NCBI GenBank assembly: GCA_009995455.1
Contig: JAACPJ010000001.1
Location: 150,991-214,990, forward strand
Origin: a bacterium
GTDB lineage: Bacteria > Patescibacteriota > Gracilibacteria > UBA4473
Length of the DNA: 64,000 bases
Direction of reading: 5' to 3'
Notes under the pieces: generated by a model
The model's database searches: none
What the model was told of the DNA's origin: nothing
What the model saw: the letters and a program-made list of their open reading frames with translations, nothing else
Part shown: piece after piece, positions 54,495-63,426 of the stretch
Numbering within the stretch: position 1 is the stretch's first letter
How the letters are laid out: every line of letters starts with the position of its first letter
Translations under genes and position numbers: made by a program

Positions 54495-55199
54495 ATGATA
54501 CGGCCTTTAAAGATAACGACCGCCACGCGTTTTTGGCAGCGCCTCTGTGGCATCAAGAAAGTGGCTGATATAGAAACGGCGCTTTATTTTCCGCGTTGCA
54601 AAGCGGTTCATACCTTTGGTGTAAAAAAAGCTTTAGATTTATTCTGGGTGTCACGGAGTGGCTTAATTATTCAGCAAAATTTCAAAGTTCCAGCCAATAA
54701 AATTAAAGCCTGCTCGAAAGCCTATGGGGTCGTAGAAGTTTTTTCTCAGCTGAACCCAAAATTAAAACTCGGTGATAAGATTAAATTACCAGGCCAAGCT
54801 TTGGTTGAAAGTGCTTTGGTTTTACCCGTTTTGTTTTTACTGCTTTTTGGGTTTTTAGAGTTGAGCTTAATGCTGCAAAGTCAGCAGCGTTTAACGCACC
54901 AGGCTCATTTGGCAACGCAAATACTGTCATTAACTAATAACGATGAAAAGCTCGCAGGGTCGTTGCTAAGCGCCTACCAAGAAGATGAGATACAAATAAG
55001 TATTACCAGCCTAAAGTCTGGTTCGGATCTGGAAATTACCTCAGCTGAAAGACGTTACAGCGACCTAGTTCAAGTCAGTATTGGGCAACCTTATACGCTC
55101 AATATTCCTTTTTTTAATCGTCCTAACTTTGATTTAACCGCTCAGGCCAGCGCAAGAATATTGTGCCAAAATTTAACCACTCCGTTTCAATGCGATTAA
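54495..55199 (+). CDS. DUF192-like domain fused to a TadE-like pseudopilin segment
   Basis: N-terminus ATRFWQRLCGIK...CKAVHTFGVKKALDLFWVSRSGLII...AYGVVEV is DUF192-like. After about 108 aa comes GQALVESALVLPVLFLLLFGFLELSLMLQ, a TadE/Flp-type hydrophobic motif. Confidence 0.45.
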   Translation: MIRPLKITTATRFWQRLCGIKKVADIETALYFPRCKAVHTFGVKKALDLFWVSRSGLIIQQNFKVPANKIKACSKAYGVVEVFSQLNPKLKLGDKIKLPGQALVESALVLPVLFLLLFGFLELSLMLQSQQRLTHQAHLATQILSLTNNDEKLAGSLLSAYQEDEIQISITSLKSGSDLEITSAERRYSDLVQVSIGQPYTLNIPFFNRPNFDLTAQASARILCQNLTTPFQCD

Positions 55200-55759
55200 A
55201 ACTGTTTTTCTGGTATTGGCTGAGCGACCAACAGGGCTTTGTGGTCGCTTTCACCGCTTTAGTTTTACCGGTCATTCTGATGTTAGGGGTGCTAGTTCTG
55301 CAAAGCGGACAGCTTTATATTCGTCAGGCGCAATTACAGTTTTCTGTTCGTCAGGCGGCCAACAGCGGTTTAATTCCGTTGGCTCAGGCTTTAAAGGCCC
55401 AGGCAGAAGCCAATTACCAAAATTCATGCGAAGTTGAGTTTCCACCAGACGAGTGTGATTCAAGTTCGTGGCAAGATTTTTTAAGTTCAACTGAAGCTCA
55501 CGCTATGGCTGCACAAGCCAACATTTATGAAGCCGTTGAGAGCGAAGTCACACAATTTTTAGAAACGACTGATCCGAAATTATTTCTAGCGGCTGAAAAT
55601 TTAACTTTGGTGTTTCCGGTTCCAAACCAAGGAGATCATCGAATCAGCGCGCGAGTCTTGCTTAAAGAGCGGCAAATTTCTTGGTTAGGAAATATTCTAA
55701 GACCTGAAGATTATTCCATAGAAGTAGAAGCGCTGTCTTATTTGAATCTTGAATCATGA
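55190..55759 (+). CDS. TadG/TadE-like pilus assembly protein
   Basis: QGFVVAFTALVLPVILMLGVLVLQSGQLYIRQAQLQFSVRQAANSG resembles the Tad N-terminal motif. ATG at 55190 preferred over the track start at 55163. Confidence 0.45.
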   Translation: MRLKLFFWYWLSDQQGFVVAFTALVLPVILMLGVLVLQSGQLYIRQAQLQFSVRQAANSGLIPLAQALKAQAEANYQNSCEVEFPPDECDSSSWQDFLSSTEAHAMAAQANIYEAVESEVTQFLETTDPKLFLAAENLTLVFPVPNQGDHRISARVLLKERQISWLGNILRPEDYSIEVEALSYLNLES

Positions 55760-56478
55760 AAATTTTACCATCGTTTTTAAAACTAAAATTATCGGCCCGA
55801 AAAACACCACTTCCAATGGTGATGACTCCCTATAGGGCGGCATTAGAAAAAACACAAAAACAGTATTTTGTTGGGCTGGTTTTGCTTTTGTGTGCCCTTG
55901 GCTACTACAGTTATTTTTATATTGATTCCCAAGCGAACGCCCAGAAATTAAGCCCAAGATTAAGTGCTAAAACTGATTTAATATATCCACACGTTTTAAC
56001 CTCAGAAGATTTAATTTTTACCAAAATACCCAACAAGTGGCTTCCAGAGGGGAGCTTCGAAAATGCTGAATTTTTAGTTGGTAAAACGCTCGTTAGAAGC
56101 ATCGTTAAAAATGAAGTTTTGGTAGCAGCCGATATAGCACTCCAACAAGACCCAAATTCTATTACCGCTCAGTTCAAAGAAGATTTTGCTTTTACTATCG
56201 GCGAAGATTGGCTGGTTTCAAAATTACCCGGACTCAGCAAAGGAGATCTGATAGATGTTTTGGTGACAAATCCAAAATTAAGTAATGATTCAACCATCAC
56301 CATTGCTTCAGGGTTAAAAGTTATAAAAGTAGACTTGGCGAATGGCCGAAAAAATTTAGTTTTGAATGTTACAACCCAGCAAGCCCAAGGCCTGCTTTTT
56401 AGCCGTGGTCTTCGCCTGCCAATGCAAATTTTAATTCACAGCGCTCCGCAGCATTCGCCCAGCAATTTACTTTTTTAA
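55756..56478 (+). CDS. CpaB/RcpC-like Flp pilus assembly protein (SAF domain)
   Basis: N-terminal TM FVGLVLLLCALGYYSYFYI. SAF-like LTSEDLIFTKIPNKWLPEGSFENAEFLVGKTLVRSIVKNEVLVAADI. Confidence 0.5.
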   Translation: MKILPSFLKLKLSARKTPLPMVMTPYRAALEKTQKQYFVGLVLLLCALGYYSYFYIDSQANAQKLSPRLSAKTDLIYPHVLTSEDLIFTKIPNKWLPEGSFENAEFLVGKTLVRSIVKNEVLVAADIALQQDPNSITAQFKEDFAFTIGEDWLVSKLPGLSKGDLIDVLVTNPKLSNDSTITIASGLKVIKVDLANGRKNLVLNVTTQQAQGLLFSRGLRLPMQILIHSAPQHSPSNLLF

Positions 56479-57189
56479 ATGACTCAAATAATTTCTTTTT
56501 TCAGTCCCAAAACCGCGGGCGCTAGTAGCGTTAGTTTAAACGCAGCACTTCTTGTGTCCGCGCACTATCCAGACAAAAGTGTGGCCTACATTGAAGTGGC
56601 AGGTTGGAGTTCACAACGTTCAAGTCTAGCGGCAACCCATCAATCAACTTGGTCCGATTTGCTAGCGTTTCATAGAACTGATGAATGGCTGCCCAACTTA
56701 CTCAATCGAGGTAAATTTAGTTTAGGGGTGGACGTTTTTTTCTCCCCGATAGCTTCGGCATATCCAGACTTTGAAAAAGATCTTTCAGCTGATTGGTTGA
56801 AGCTTTTATCTCAGAAATATGAGGTAGTGGTTTTAGATATTAACAACGCCGCTCCAGGGCCTTGGCAGGAATTTTATTTATCGCAAAGTGATCGTGTTGT
56901 TGGTGTGGTTACACCAGATCCAGTTTCTATTACTGCGTGGAAAGACTGGAGTGCAAATTTCGCGAAGCCCGAAAAAATAAGCTGGATGATGAACCAGGTG
57001 GCCAGATTTGATCAGAAAAAATTACAGGTAAAGTTTACACATTCAAATTATAAATTTATCGGAACATTACGCTCAGAGCCTCTAAAGTTTTGGTATCAAA
57101 TTTATCAAAGCTTCCCCGTGGCATGGCAAAAAAAATCTAAGTTTAAAAAAGACTTAAATATCCTACTTCCTCAAATTTTTCAGCGATGA
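56479..57189 (+). CDS. TadZ/CpaE-like ParA/MinD-fold protein with degenerate P-loop
   Basis: Position and length fit TadZ. ISFFSPKTAGASSVSLNAALLVS replaces the KGGVGKT(T) deviant Walker A. Confidence 0.35.
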   Translation: MTQIISFFSPKTAGASSVSLNAALLVSAHYPDKSVAYIEVAGWSSQRSSLAATHQSTWSDLLAFHRTDEWLPNLLNRGKFSLGVDVFFSPIASAYPDFEKDLSADWLKLLSQKYEVVVLDINNAAPGPWQEFYLSQSDRVVGVVTPDPVSITAWKDWSANFAKPEKISWMMNQVARFDQKKLQVKFTHSNYKFIGTLRSEPLKFWYQIYQSFPVAWQKKSKFKKDLNILLPQIFQR

Positions 57190-58403
57190 GCCAAATGGAA
57201 AAATTGCATCAAACTGGGGTAGAATATTTGCTTGAGTATTTACGAAAATCTCTTTCAAGTGACCCGTTAAGCGAACCATTGGAACAGGTAGCCAGTCATT
57301 GGTTATCGTCTCAAAATTATCTAGTTCCCCAAAAGCAATGGTTAGAACTTCGTGACTCATTGTTACATGCTGTGGTTGGTTTTGGCCCTCTCGAATTATG
57401 GTTAAAAGATCCACAAATAAGTGAAATTATGGTCAATGGCTACCAACAAATTTATTTAGAAAGAGGCGGAAAACTTGAGCTGGCTCAGCAATGTTTTGCT
57501 TCGAATGATCAACTCTTGCAAGTTATTAACCGCATGGTCGCTCAAGTAGGACGCCGGATTGATGCCAGCCAGCCGCTTGTTGATGCTCGATTACCCGATG
57601 GATCAAGAATCAACGTCATTATTCCTCCATTAAGTTTAAACGGACCAGTTCTAACGATTAGAAAATTTCCCACCAAGCCTTTTAAATTATTTGATTTAAT
57701 AGCTCAAAACTCAGTGAATAAAATGATGGCTGATTTGCTTAGTTTACTGGTTCAAACCAAACAAAATATTTTAATTTCAGGTGGAACTGGTGCTGGTAAA
57801 ACATCGACTTTAAATGCCTTAGCGATGTTAATTCCTCATCAAGAAAGGCTTATTACCATTGAAGATTCTGCCGAGATAAGAATCGATCATCCGCACTTAA
57901 TAACCCTTGAATCAAGAGCCAATAATTTAGAAGGCGAGGGATCAGTTTCTATTAGAGATTTAATTAAAAATGCTCTGCGAATGAGGCCTGACCGGATTGT
58001 GGTTGGTGAAATACGTGGCGGGGAGGCTCTTGATATGTTGCAAGCTATGAACACGGGGCATCAAGGGTCTATAACCACCGTACATGCGAATGCCCCTTTA
58101 GAGAGTTTGTATCGGCTTGAAACCATGGTTTTAATGGGAGATGTTAATTTACCGATTACGGCTATCCGTCCGCAAATAAAACAAGGTATAAATTGGATTC
58201 TTCAACAAAAGAGATTGCCCTCTGGGAAACGTAAAATCACCCAAATTGCATGGTTAAATTCTGATTTAAAAACTGAAGAATACGACGTTCAAACCGTCGC
58301 GTATTACGATGAACGAACAAAAACATTTAAATCGAGTGGTTTTTTCCCTGAAATTTTAAAAGACCAAGCTTCTGCATCACTTATTAAATGGTGCCAAAAA
58401 TGA
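57186..58403 (+). CDS. CpaF/TadA-family type IV pilus/secretion ATPase
   Basis: Walker A ISGGTGAGKTSTLNAL, Asp box ITIEDSAE, Walker B RPDRIVVGEIRGGEA, His box GHQGSITTVHAN. Confidence 0.9.
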   Translation: MSQMEKLHQTGVEYLLEYLRKSLSSDPLSEPLEQVASHWLSSQNYLVPQKQWLELRDSLLHAVVGFGPLELWLKDPQISEIMVNGYQQIYLERGGKLELAQQCFASNDQLLQVINRMVAQVGRRIDASQPLVDARLPDGSRINVIIPPLSLNGPVLTIRKFPTKPFKLFDLIAQNSVNKMMADLLSLLVQTKQNILISGGTGAGKTSTLNALAMLIPHQERLITIEDSAEIRIDHPHLITLESRANNLEGEGSVSIRDLIKNALRMRPDRIVVGEIRGGEALDMLQAMNTGHQGSITTVHANAPLESLYRLETMVLMGDVNLPITAIRPQIKQGINWILQQKRLPSGKRKITQIAWLNSDLKTEEYDVQTVAYYDERTKTFKSSGFFPEILKDQASASLIKWCQK

Positions 58404-59272
58404 TTAATAATTTTGATTTTTTATTCGGTTTTTTATTCAATAATTCGCTGTTTTTTTGGGCGCTAGTTTTATGTGCTATTACTTTTTTCGTGTTAATCTT
58501 GGTCCGTCTTTTCGTCTGGTTTGAATGGCAACGGCCTTATATTTGGTTTTGGAATCAAACATTCAAAGAACCTGAAAAATCAGCTTTATCTCCTTCACTT
58601 AAGAAAGCCTTAATCGTCATTATTTTAAGCGTTGTTTGCTTTATTTTTTGGGGACGTATTGGCTTAGTTTCAGCCCTACTCTTCGGTTTATTGCTGTTAA
58701 TGATTTTAAAATTTAAAGGAACCACGGATGATAAAAAACAGCTAGAAAAACAGTTGCCTACTTTTATGAGAGCTTTAGGGAGTACTTTGAAAGCCGGTTA
58801 CAGTGTGCCACAAGCGTTGGAGTTTGTGTCTTTAGAAACGGTAAATCCTCTGAAAAATAAACTTAAAGAAGGGCACCGTTTACTGCTCATTCAGCAACCA
58901 CTAAATTTAGTACTTAATGATTGGAGAGACAAAGTTAAGGTGCCTGAATTCAACTTTTTAACCGATAGTTTGCAATTACAAGTCAGCAGTGGAGGAAACT
59001 TGGTTCAAAGTTGTTACGCCGTAGCGAAAATGTTAGATGAGAGGGTAAAATTAGAACAAGACATCCGTTCGTTCACCGCTCAGGGGAAAATGAGTGGTTT
59101 TTTAATGGCGTTGCTATGGCCGATTTCATTGGCTTTATTTGCTTGGCTGTCGCCCTCACATGTTGAAGTTCTTTTTAGAACCACTGCCGGACAAATATTG
59201 CTTAGCTTTTCATTCTTGCTGGAGCTACTCGGTTTTTATTTTATTTGGCGCTTAATTCGTTTAAAAATTTAA
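58388..59272 (+). CDS. TadB-like inner-membrane platform protein (T2SSF domain)
   Basis: Polytopic. LPTFMRALGSTLKAGYSVPQALEFV is the T2SSF-type motif. Follows the ATPase with a 16-nt overlap. Confidence 0.6.
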   Translation: MVPKMINNFDFLFGFLFNNSLFFWALVLCAITFFVLILVRLFVWFEWQRPYIWFWNQTFKEPEKSALSPSLKKALIVIILSVVCFIFWGRIGLVSALLFGLLLLMILKFKGTTDDKKQLEKQLPTFMRALGSTLKAGYSVPQALEFVSLETVNPLKNKLKEGHRLLLIQQPLNLVLNDWRDKVKVPEFNFLTDSLQLQVSSGGNLVQSCYAVAKMLDERVKLEQDIRSFTAQGKMSGFLMALLWPISLALFAWLSPSHVEVLFRTTAGQILLSFSFLLELLGFYFIWRLIRLKI

Positions 59273-60142
59273 ATGATTCTCTTTTTAATTTCGGGCTTGG
59301 CGATTATTTTTTTACTTCTTAAGATTTGGCAATTTTCTCCGAAAAATCCTTCTCGAGCTTGGCCTCAAATAAGAAATGAACCGAGTGTTGTTAAATTTGA
59401 AGGTCTTAAAATTGTAAAATATATCAGTCTGCTTTGGTGGGCTCAACCAGGAGCGTTCGTGCAGATATTAAGCGTAAAATCAATCACAAGAACATTGCCG
59501 CAGCCTTTCTTAAATATATCTCAAAATGAGTTTTTAAGTTTAAAACAGTTTTTGTGGAGCATTGGATCGGTCTTATTAATTATTAGTTTATGGGTGACGG
59601 ATTTATCGCTTAAGAATTCATTAATTTGGATTAGTTTACTGCTGGTAATAGTTTTATTACCTGATATTTTTCTGCTTCAAAAAAGTCGTTTGTTTCAACG
59701 GCAGTATGAAAAACAAGTCCCATATTTTTTAGATTTACTGACTTTAACCTTGCAAGGCGGCAGTAACTTAGAGCAGGCGTTAATTTCCACCACTCGAAAT
59801 TATGACAGTCAGTTAAGCCGTACAATTTCCCATAAGTTGAATGAGCTTAATTGGGGAAGAAGTTTAGAAATGCTTTTTAAGGATTTAAGCCTTGAAATTA
59901 AAGATGAGGATTTTCAGCATTTTTTGCACAGCGTCATTCGGGCCAAAAAGTTAGGGGTCAGTTTATGCCAAACTCTTATTATTCAATCAGAAATTTTAAG
60001 AACCAGGCGACGCCAAAAAGCCGAGGAGTTGAGTCGGACCGCTTCGGTAAAAATTAGCATTCCATTGGTACTCTTTATATTTCCCGCTTTGCTGATTATT
60101 TATATTGGCCCGGGTATTTTACAGCTACTGGAGCGCACATAA
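59273..60142 (+). CDS. TadC-like inner-membrane platform protein (T2SSF domain)
   Basis: VPYFLDLLTLTLQGGSNLEQALIST and a C-terminal TM pair. Its start abuts the TadB-like stop. Confidence 0.6.
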   Translation: MILFLISGLAIIFLLLKIWQFSPKNPSRAWPQIRNEPSVVKFEGLKIVKYISLLWWAQPGAFVQILSVKSITRTLPQPFLNISQNEFLSLKQFLWSIGSVLLIISLWVTDLSLKNSLIWISLLLVIVLLPDIFLLQKSRLFQRQYEKQVPYFLDLLTLTLQGGSNLEQALISTTRNYDSQLSRTISHKLNELNWGRSLEMLFKDLSLEIKDEDFQHFLHSVIRAKKLGVSLCQTLIIQSEILRTRRRQKAEELSRTASVKISIPLVLFIFPALLIIYIGPGILQLLERT

Positions 60143-60145
60143 AAT

Positions 60146-60703
60146 TTGCTTCAATTTTTGAAGTCTCGTATCATTACGAGCAACATAAACGTAAATAGTT
60201 TTTTGCCTGACGCCACTCTTTCTGGCCTGACCGTGCCGGTAGAAATAGTTGTGCCAGAGCCACTTTCACAAGAACGAACATTAGACCAGGTTTTATCGGT
60301 GCTTGAGTGCATTGAGCCGATGAACCAAATACCTTTCTTAGATTGGGCTAACTTGGTTTTAGACCAGGCGGATCGCGCCAACGATTTAACCGAGATTAAG
60401 CACGCCTTAATGCTGGTTCAACAACAATTAGAACACCGTTTAAATCAGGTCGACCCAAGTCTTAGTTTATCAAAATTCAAACCACTAGAGCCGATTGGCA
60501 AAGACGGCTTAAGGTTTATCCCAACGCCAGAGTTTCAAGAAGCTTTTAACCGTTTTCGATTTAACCTTTTGGCTCGAATCCATGATCTTAATCCACAAAG
60601 AATGAACCTCGCTCAGTGTAAACCTGGAACGAGCGTTAAATTTTGGTATTACATGCACATTGAAAAATATATGCCAGGCGGGTTTTACGATCAAACAAGC
60701 TGA
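60146..60703 (+). CDS. hypothetical protein at the distal end of the Tad-like operon
   Basis: 185-aa ORF (TTG start in the track), 3 nt after the TadC-like stop. No motif recognised. Confidence 0.35.
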   Translation: MLQFLKSRIITSNINVNSFLPDATLSGLTVPVEIVVPEPLSQERTLDQVLSVLECIEPMNQIPFLDWANLVLDQADRANDLTEIKHALMLVQQQLEHRLNQVDPSLSLSKFKPLEPIGKDGLRFIPTPEFQEAFNRFRFNLLARIHDLNPQRMNLAQCKPGTSVKFWYYMHIEKYMPGGFYDQTS

Positions 60704-60711
60704 AAAATAAT

Positions 60712-61152
60712 CTAAAATCTTTTGAGGTCTTGCTGCGCTGCCCGATCAATCGATCTTTCTTTGAGCACCTGTTTTTTCTCGTGACGTTTTCGTCCTTTTC
60801 CAATCCCCAGTTCGCATTTAATTTTGCCTTTGCTCATATAAACTTTAAGGGGTACCACCGCGATTTTTTGTTCTTGTTGTTTAGCACTCAGTCTTAAAAT
60901 TTCTTTTTTATGGAGCAGTAATTTTCGGGGTGCGTGTGGATCTTGAGCGCCCGCTTCACCAAATTTCCAAGGCGTAATTTTACAGTTAACAAGCCACGCT
61001 TCGCCGTTATCAAGCCGAACCCAAGCGCCTTTCAAATTCCCTTCTTTTTTCTTTAACGATTTCACTTCCCAGCCCGTTAAAACCATACCGGCCTCCACAG
61101 TGTCGGTCAGTTCATAGTCAAAACGGGCTTTACGGTTTTCCAGTAAAATCAT
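60712..61152 (-). CDS. smpB: SsrA-binding protein SmpB
   Basis: NRKARFDYEL, GWEVKSLK, LLLHKKEI motifs. Confidence 0.9.
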   Translation of the reverse strand: MILLENRKARFDYELTDTVEAGMVLTGWEVKSLKKKEGNLKGAWVRLDNGEAWLVNCKITPWKFGEAGAQDPHAPRKLLLHKKEILRLSAKQQEQKIAVVPLKVYMSKGKIKCELGIGKGRKRHEKKQVLKERSIDRAAQQDLKRF

Positions 61153-61206
61153 TCAGAGTTGTTTATAGCACATATTTGGCGCTTGTCATGAAGGACTTTT
61201 AAATCC

Positions 61207-62892
61207 CTAGGCCGAGGCATTTTTATTCATGGCTTTAGCAGCGGCAGTTCGTTCTCGGTTTTCAGCCTCTTTTTTAAGATTGACAACGTATTGCTGCAGC
61301 GTGATTTTTAGCACCATTGGGTCCGCTTCAATGGTTTCAAACTGCTTTTCTTGCCATAATTGCCACGCTAAAGCTTGAGCGGTTTCTTCTTTATCGAGAT
61401 CTTCGCCTTTAATTCTTTTTTCAATTATGGTTTTAGTATTTGGATTTCCCAGCAATTTTAAAATTTCAGTCGTTTTAGGCTCAATAGCGCCTTTTAGCTC
61501 TTCCCAAAAAGCATACACAAAACCGACAAAATTTTCTTCTCGGCTAAAACGAATTTCGGTTTCTGGCACAAATTTTGGTTTAGTGAAATTACTTTGTTTG
61601 GCCGTAAACTTATGAAATTCATCTTCAATGATGGCCTGGCTTCGGTTTAGTTTTTGGGCGATGCGCTTTAAATACTCATCAACTTCGATCGGTCTTTGCA
61701 CTAACTTTAAAAAGAAAAAGAAGCTATCAAGGAACTTTTTTTCGCCCTCAATTCCCTGTGGTAAATTTTTAGCAGCGAACCGTTCTAAGAAAAAATCTAA
61801 GGCTGGTGGGCAATCTTCAATCATTTTTTGCAACACTATGGCGTTATTTTCATTCACTAAAAAATCACCAAAGTCTTTCACTTCATCAAGGCTAATGACA
61901 AACGGATTGAGTTCCATTTCCAAACACATTTCAACGCCTTTAAGCGTCGCTTTTTTACCAGCCAAGTCGCTGTCGAACGCCAAGTAAAAATTACTGGTTA
62001 AACGTCTTAGGGTGCGTAAATGATCATCGGTTAAAGCCGTGCCACAAGTCGCCACCGTATTCGTGAAGCCCCGTTCATGAGCAAATATTACATCCAAATT
62101 CCCTTCGACTAAAATCACGGCGTCTAGTTCTTTAATACTGTTTCTGGCGCGATCTAAGCCAAATAAAGTGGCTGATTTATGGTAAACGGGGTTTTCGGGT
62201 GAATTTACATATTTCCCTACTTTTTCTCGCTCTAAAATGTCGCGGCCTGAAAAGGCAATAATTTCACCGTTACGCGGTTCACAAATTGGAATCATTATCC
62301 GTCCCCAAAAGCGATCCATCATGGCCTGATCCCCAAACGATCTTTCAAAAGCCACGCCTGATTCGGCAATGAGTTTTTCTTTAAATCCTTTTTTGAGTAA
62401 ATGCTGGGTGAGGCCGTCTTTGCTATCACCTCCATAACCCAGTTGCCAGCGTTCTACCATGCCATCACTTAGACCGCGATTTTTGGTATAGGCTTTGGCT
62501 TTGGGGGTATTTTGCCAGGTTGTGGCAAAATACTCTGCGGCGGCTTTATGCAAAGAAAATAAATCTTGTTTATCATTTTTACTAGGGCCTTTATCGGCTC
62601 CAAAATCTTTGGGAATCGCGACCCCTGCCATATCGGCTAAAATTTCAACGGCTTCGCGAAAACTACAGTTTTCAATTTTTTCTATAAAACTAATGGCGTC
62701 GCCCCCTTCGGCAGCACCAAAGTCATACCACATTTGTTTTTCGGGGCTGATAGAAAAACTAGGCGTTTTTTCGTTTCGAAACGGACTGCGACACACAAAA
62801 TTTTTGCCGGCTTTTTTGACCTCCGCGTATTTGCGAACAATCTCAATTAAGTCGACTCGAGCTTTAACGTCTTCAACAAATCTGTCGTTCAT
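61207..62892 (-). CDS. dnaG: DNA primase DnaG (zinc-binding motif degenerate)
   Basis: N-terminus VEDVKARVDLIEIVRKY...CRSPFRNEKTPSFSISPEKQMWYDFGAAEGGDAISF. TOPRIM EGNLDVI...DSDLAGKKAT. Start taken at MNDRF (62892), because the longer track ORF would run up to rnpB. Confidence 0.85.
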   Translation of the reverse strand: MNDRFVEDVKARVDLIEIVRKYAEVKKAGKNFVCRSPFRNEKTPSFSISPEKQMWYDFGAAEGGDAISFIEKIENCSFREAVEILADMAGVAIPKDFGADKGPSKNDKQDLFSLHKAAAEYFATTWQNTPKAKAYTKNRGLSDGMVERWQLGYGGDSKDGLTQHLLKKGFKEKLIAESGVAFERSFGDQAMMDRFWGRIMIPICEPRNGEIIAFSGRDILEREKVGKYVNSPENPVYHKSATLFGLDRARNSIKELDAVILVEGNLDVIFAHERGFTNTVATCGTALTDDHLRTLRRLTSNFYLAFDSDLAGKKATLKGVEMCLEMELNPFVISLDEVKDFGDFLVNENNAIVLQKMIEDCPPALDFFLERFAAKNLPQGIEGEKKFLDSFFFFLKLVQRPIEVDEYLKRIAQKLNRSQAIIEDEFHKFTAKQSNFTKPKFVPETEIRFSREENFVGFVYAFWEELKGAIEPKTTEILKLLGNPNTKTIIEKRIKGEDLDKEETAQALAWQLWQEKQFETIEADPMVLKITLQQYVVNLKKEAENRERTAAAKAMNKNASA

Positions 62893-62946
62893 GTGTGGGA
62901 CTTTACTTTTAGCGATCTTTGAACTACAAATCAACTGCTCTTTCGA

Positions 62947-63305
62947 GAGGCAATACGTCTCGAGTAATCGAGGTGAGGAAAGTCCGAGCTACCAGCGAAT
63001 GCGCATTTACGGCTAACGGCCGCTCCGTGATTTGGTAACATTTCATGAGGGAAAGTGCCACAGAAACTATACGGCGTCCCGCTTTGCGGGAAAACCGGTG
63101 AAAAGTCCTTTTAAGTTAGGAAATCTAAGGCGCAAGCTTTAGAAGTTGGAAAACCCAAGTGGGTAGCTAGGCGGGTGGCCCGGAGAGTGTTAGTTTGCAT
63201 TCCAACGTTGATCACGTTCCGGTTCCGTCGCTCGAGGTGTTTAGTAATAAACATCCCAGATAAATTTTGCCTGAAAAACAGAACTCGGCTTACCAGAGAG
63301 AGAGC
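62947..63305 (+). ncRNA. rnpB: RNase P RNA (bacterial type A-like); ends approximate (+/-15 nt)
   Basis: Conserved blocks GAGGAAAGTCCGAGC (62985-62999), AGGGAAAGTGCCACAGAAA (63058-63076) and ACAGAACTCGGCTTAC (63278-63293). CTCTTTC at 62948 can pair with GAGAGAG near 63298 as P1. Confidence 0.85.
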
Positions 63306-63426
63306 CCCTTCCGGGGGAAACCAGTTTCCCCCAGAGACCCCCTTCTTAAGTTGAAGTCGCTTACTTAGGGAACCCGCAAGACCCTAAGTTTCGCTCCCTT
63401 TAAAAATATGTCATGCTTTAATTGAA

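Noticed and set aside
62495-63016. 173-aa plus-strand ORF spanning the dnaG start and the 5' part of rnpB
   Set aside because: It is antisense to the well-supported dnaG N-terminus and runs into the RNase P RNA. Low-complexity S/A/L-rich translation typical of shadow ORFs.
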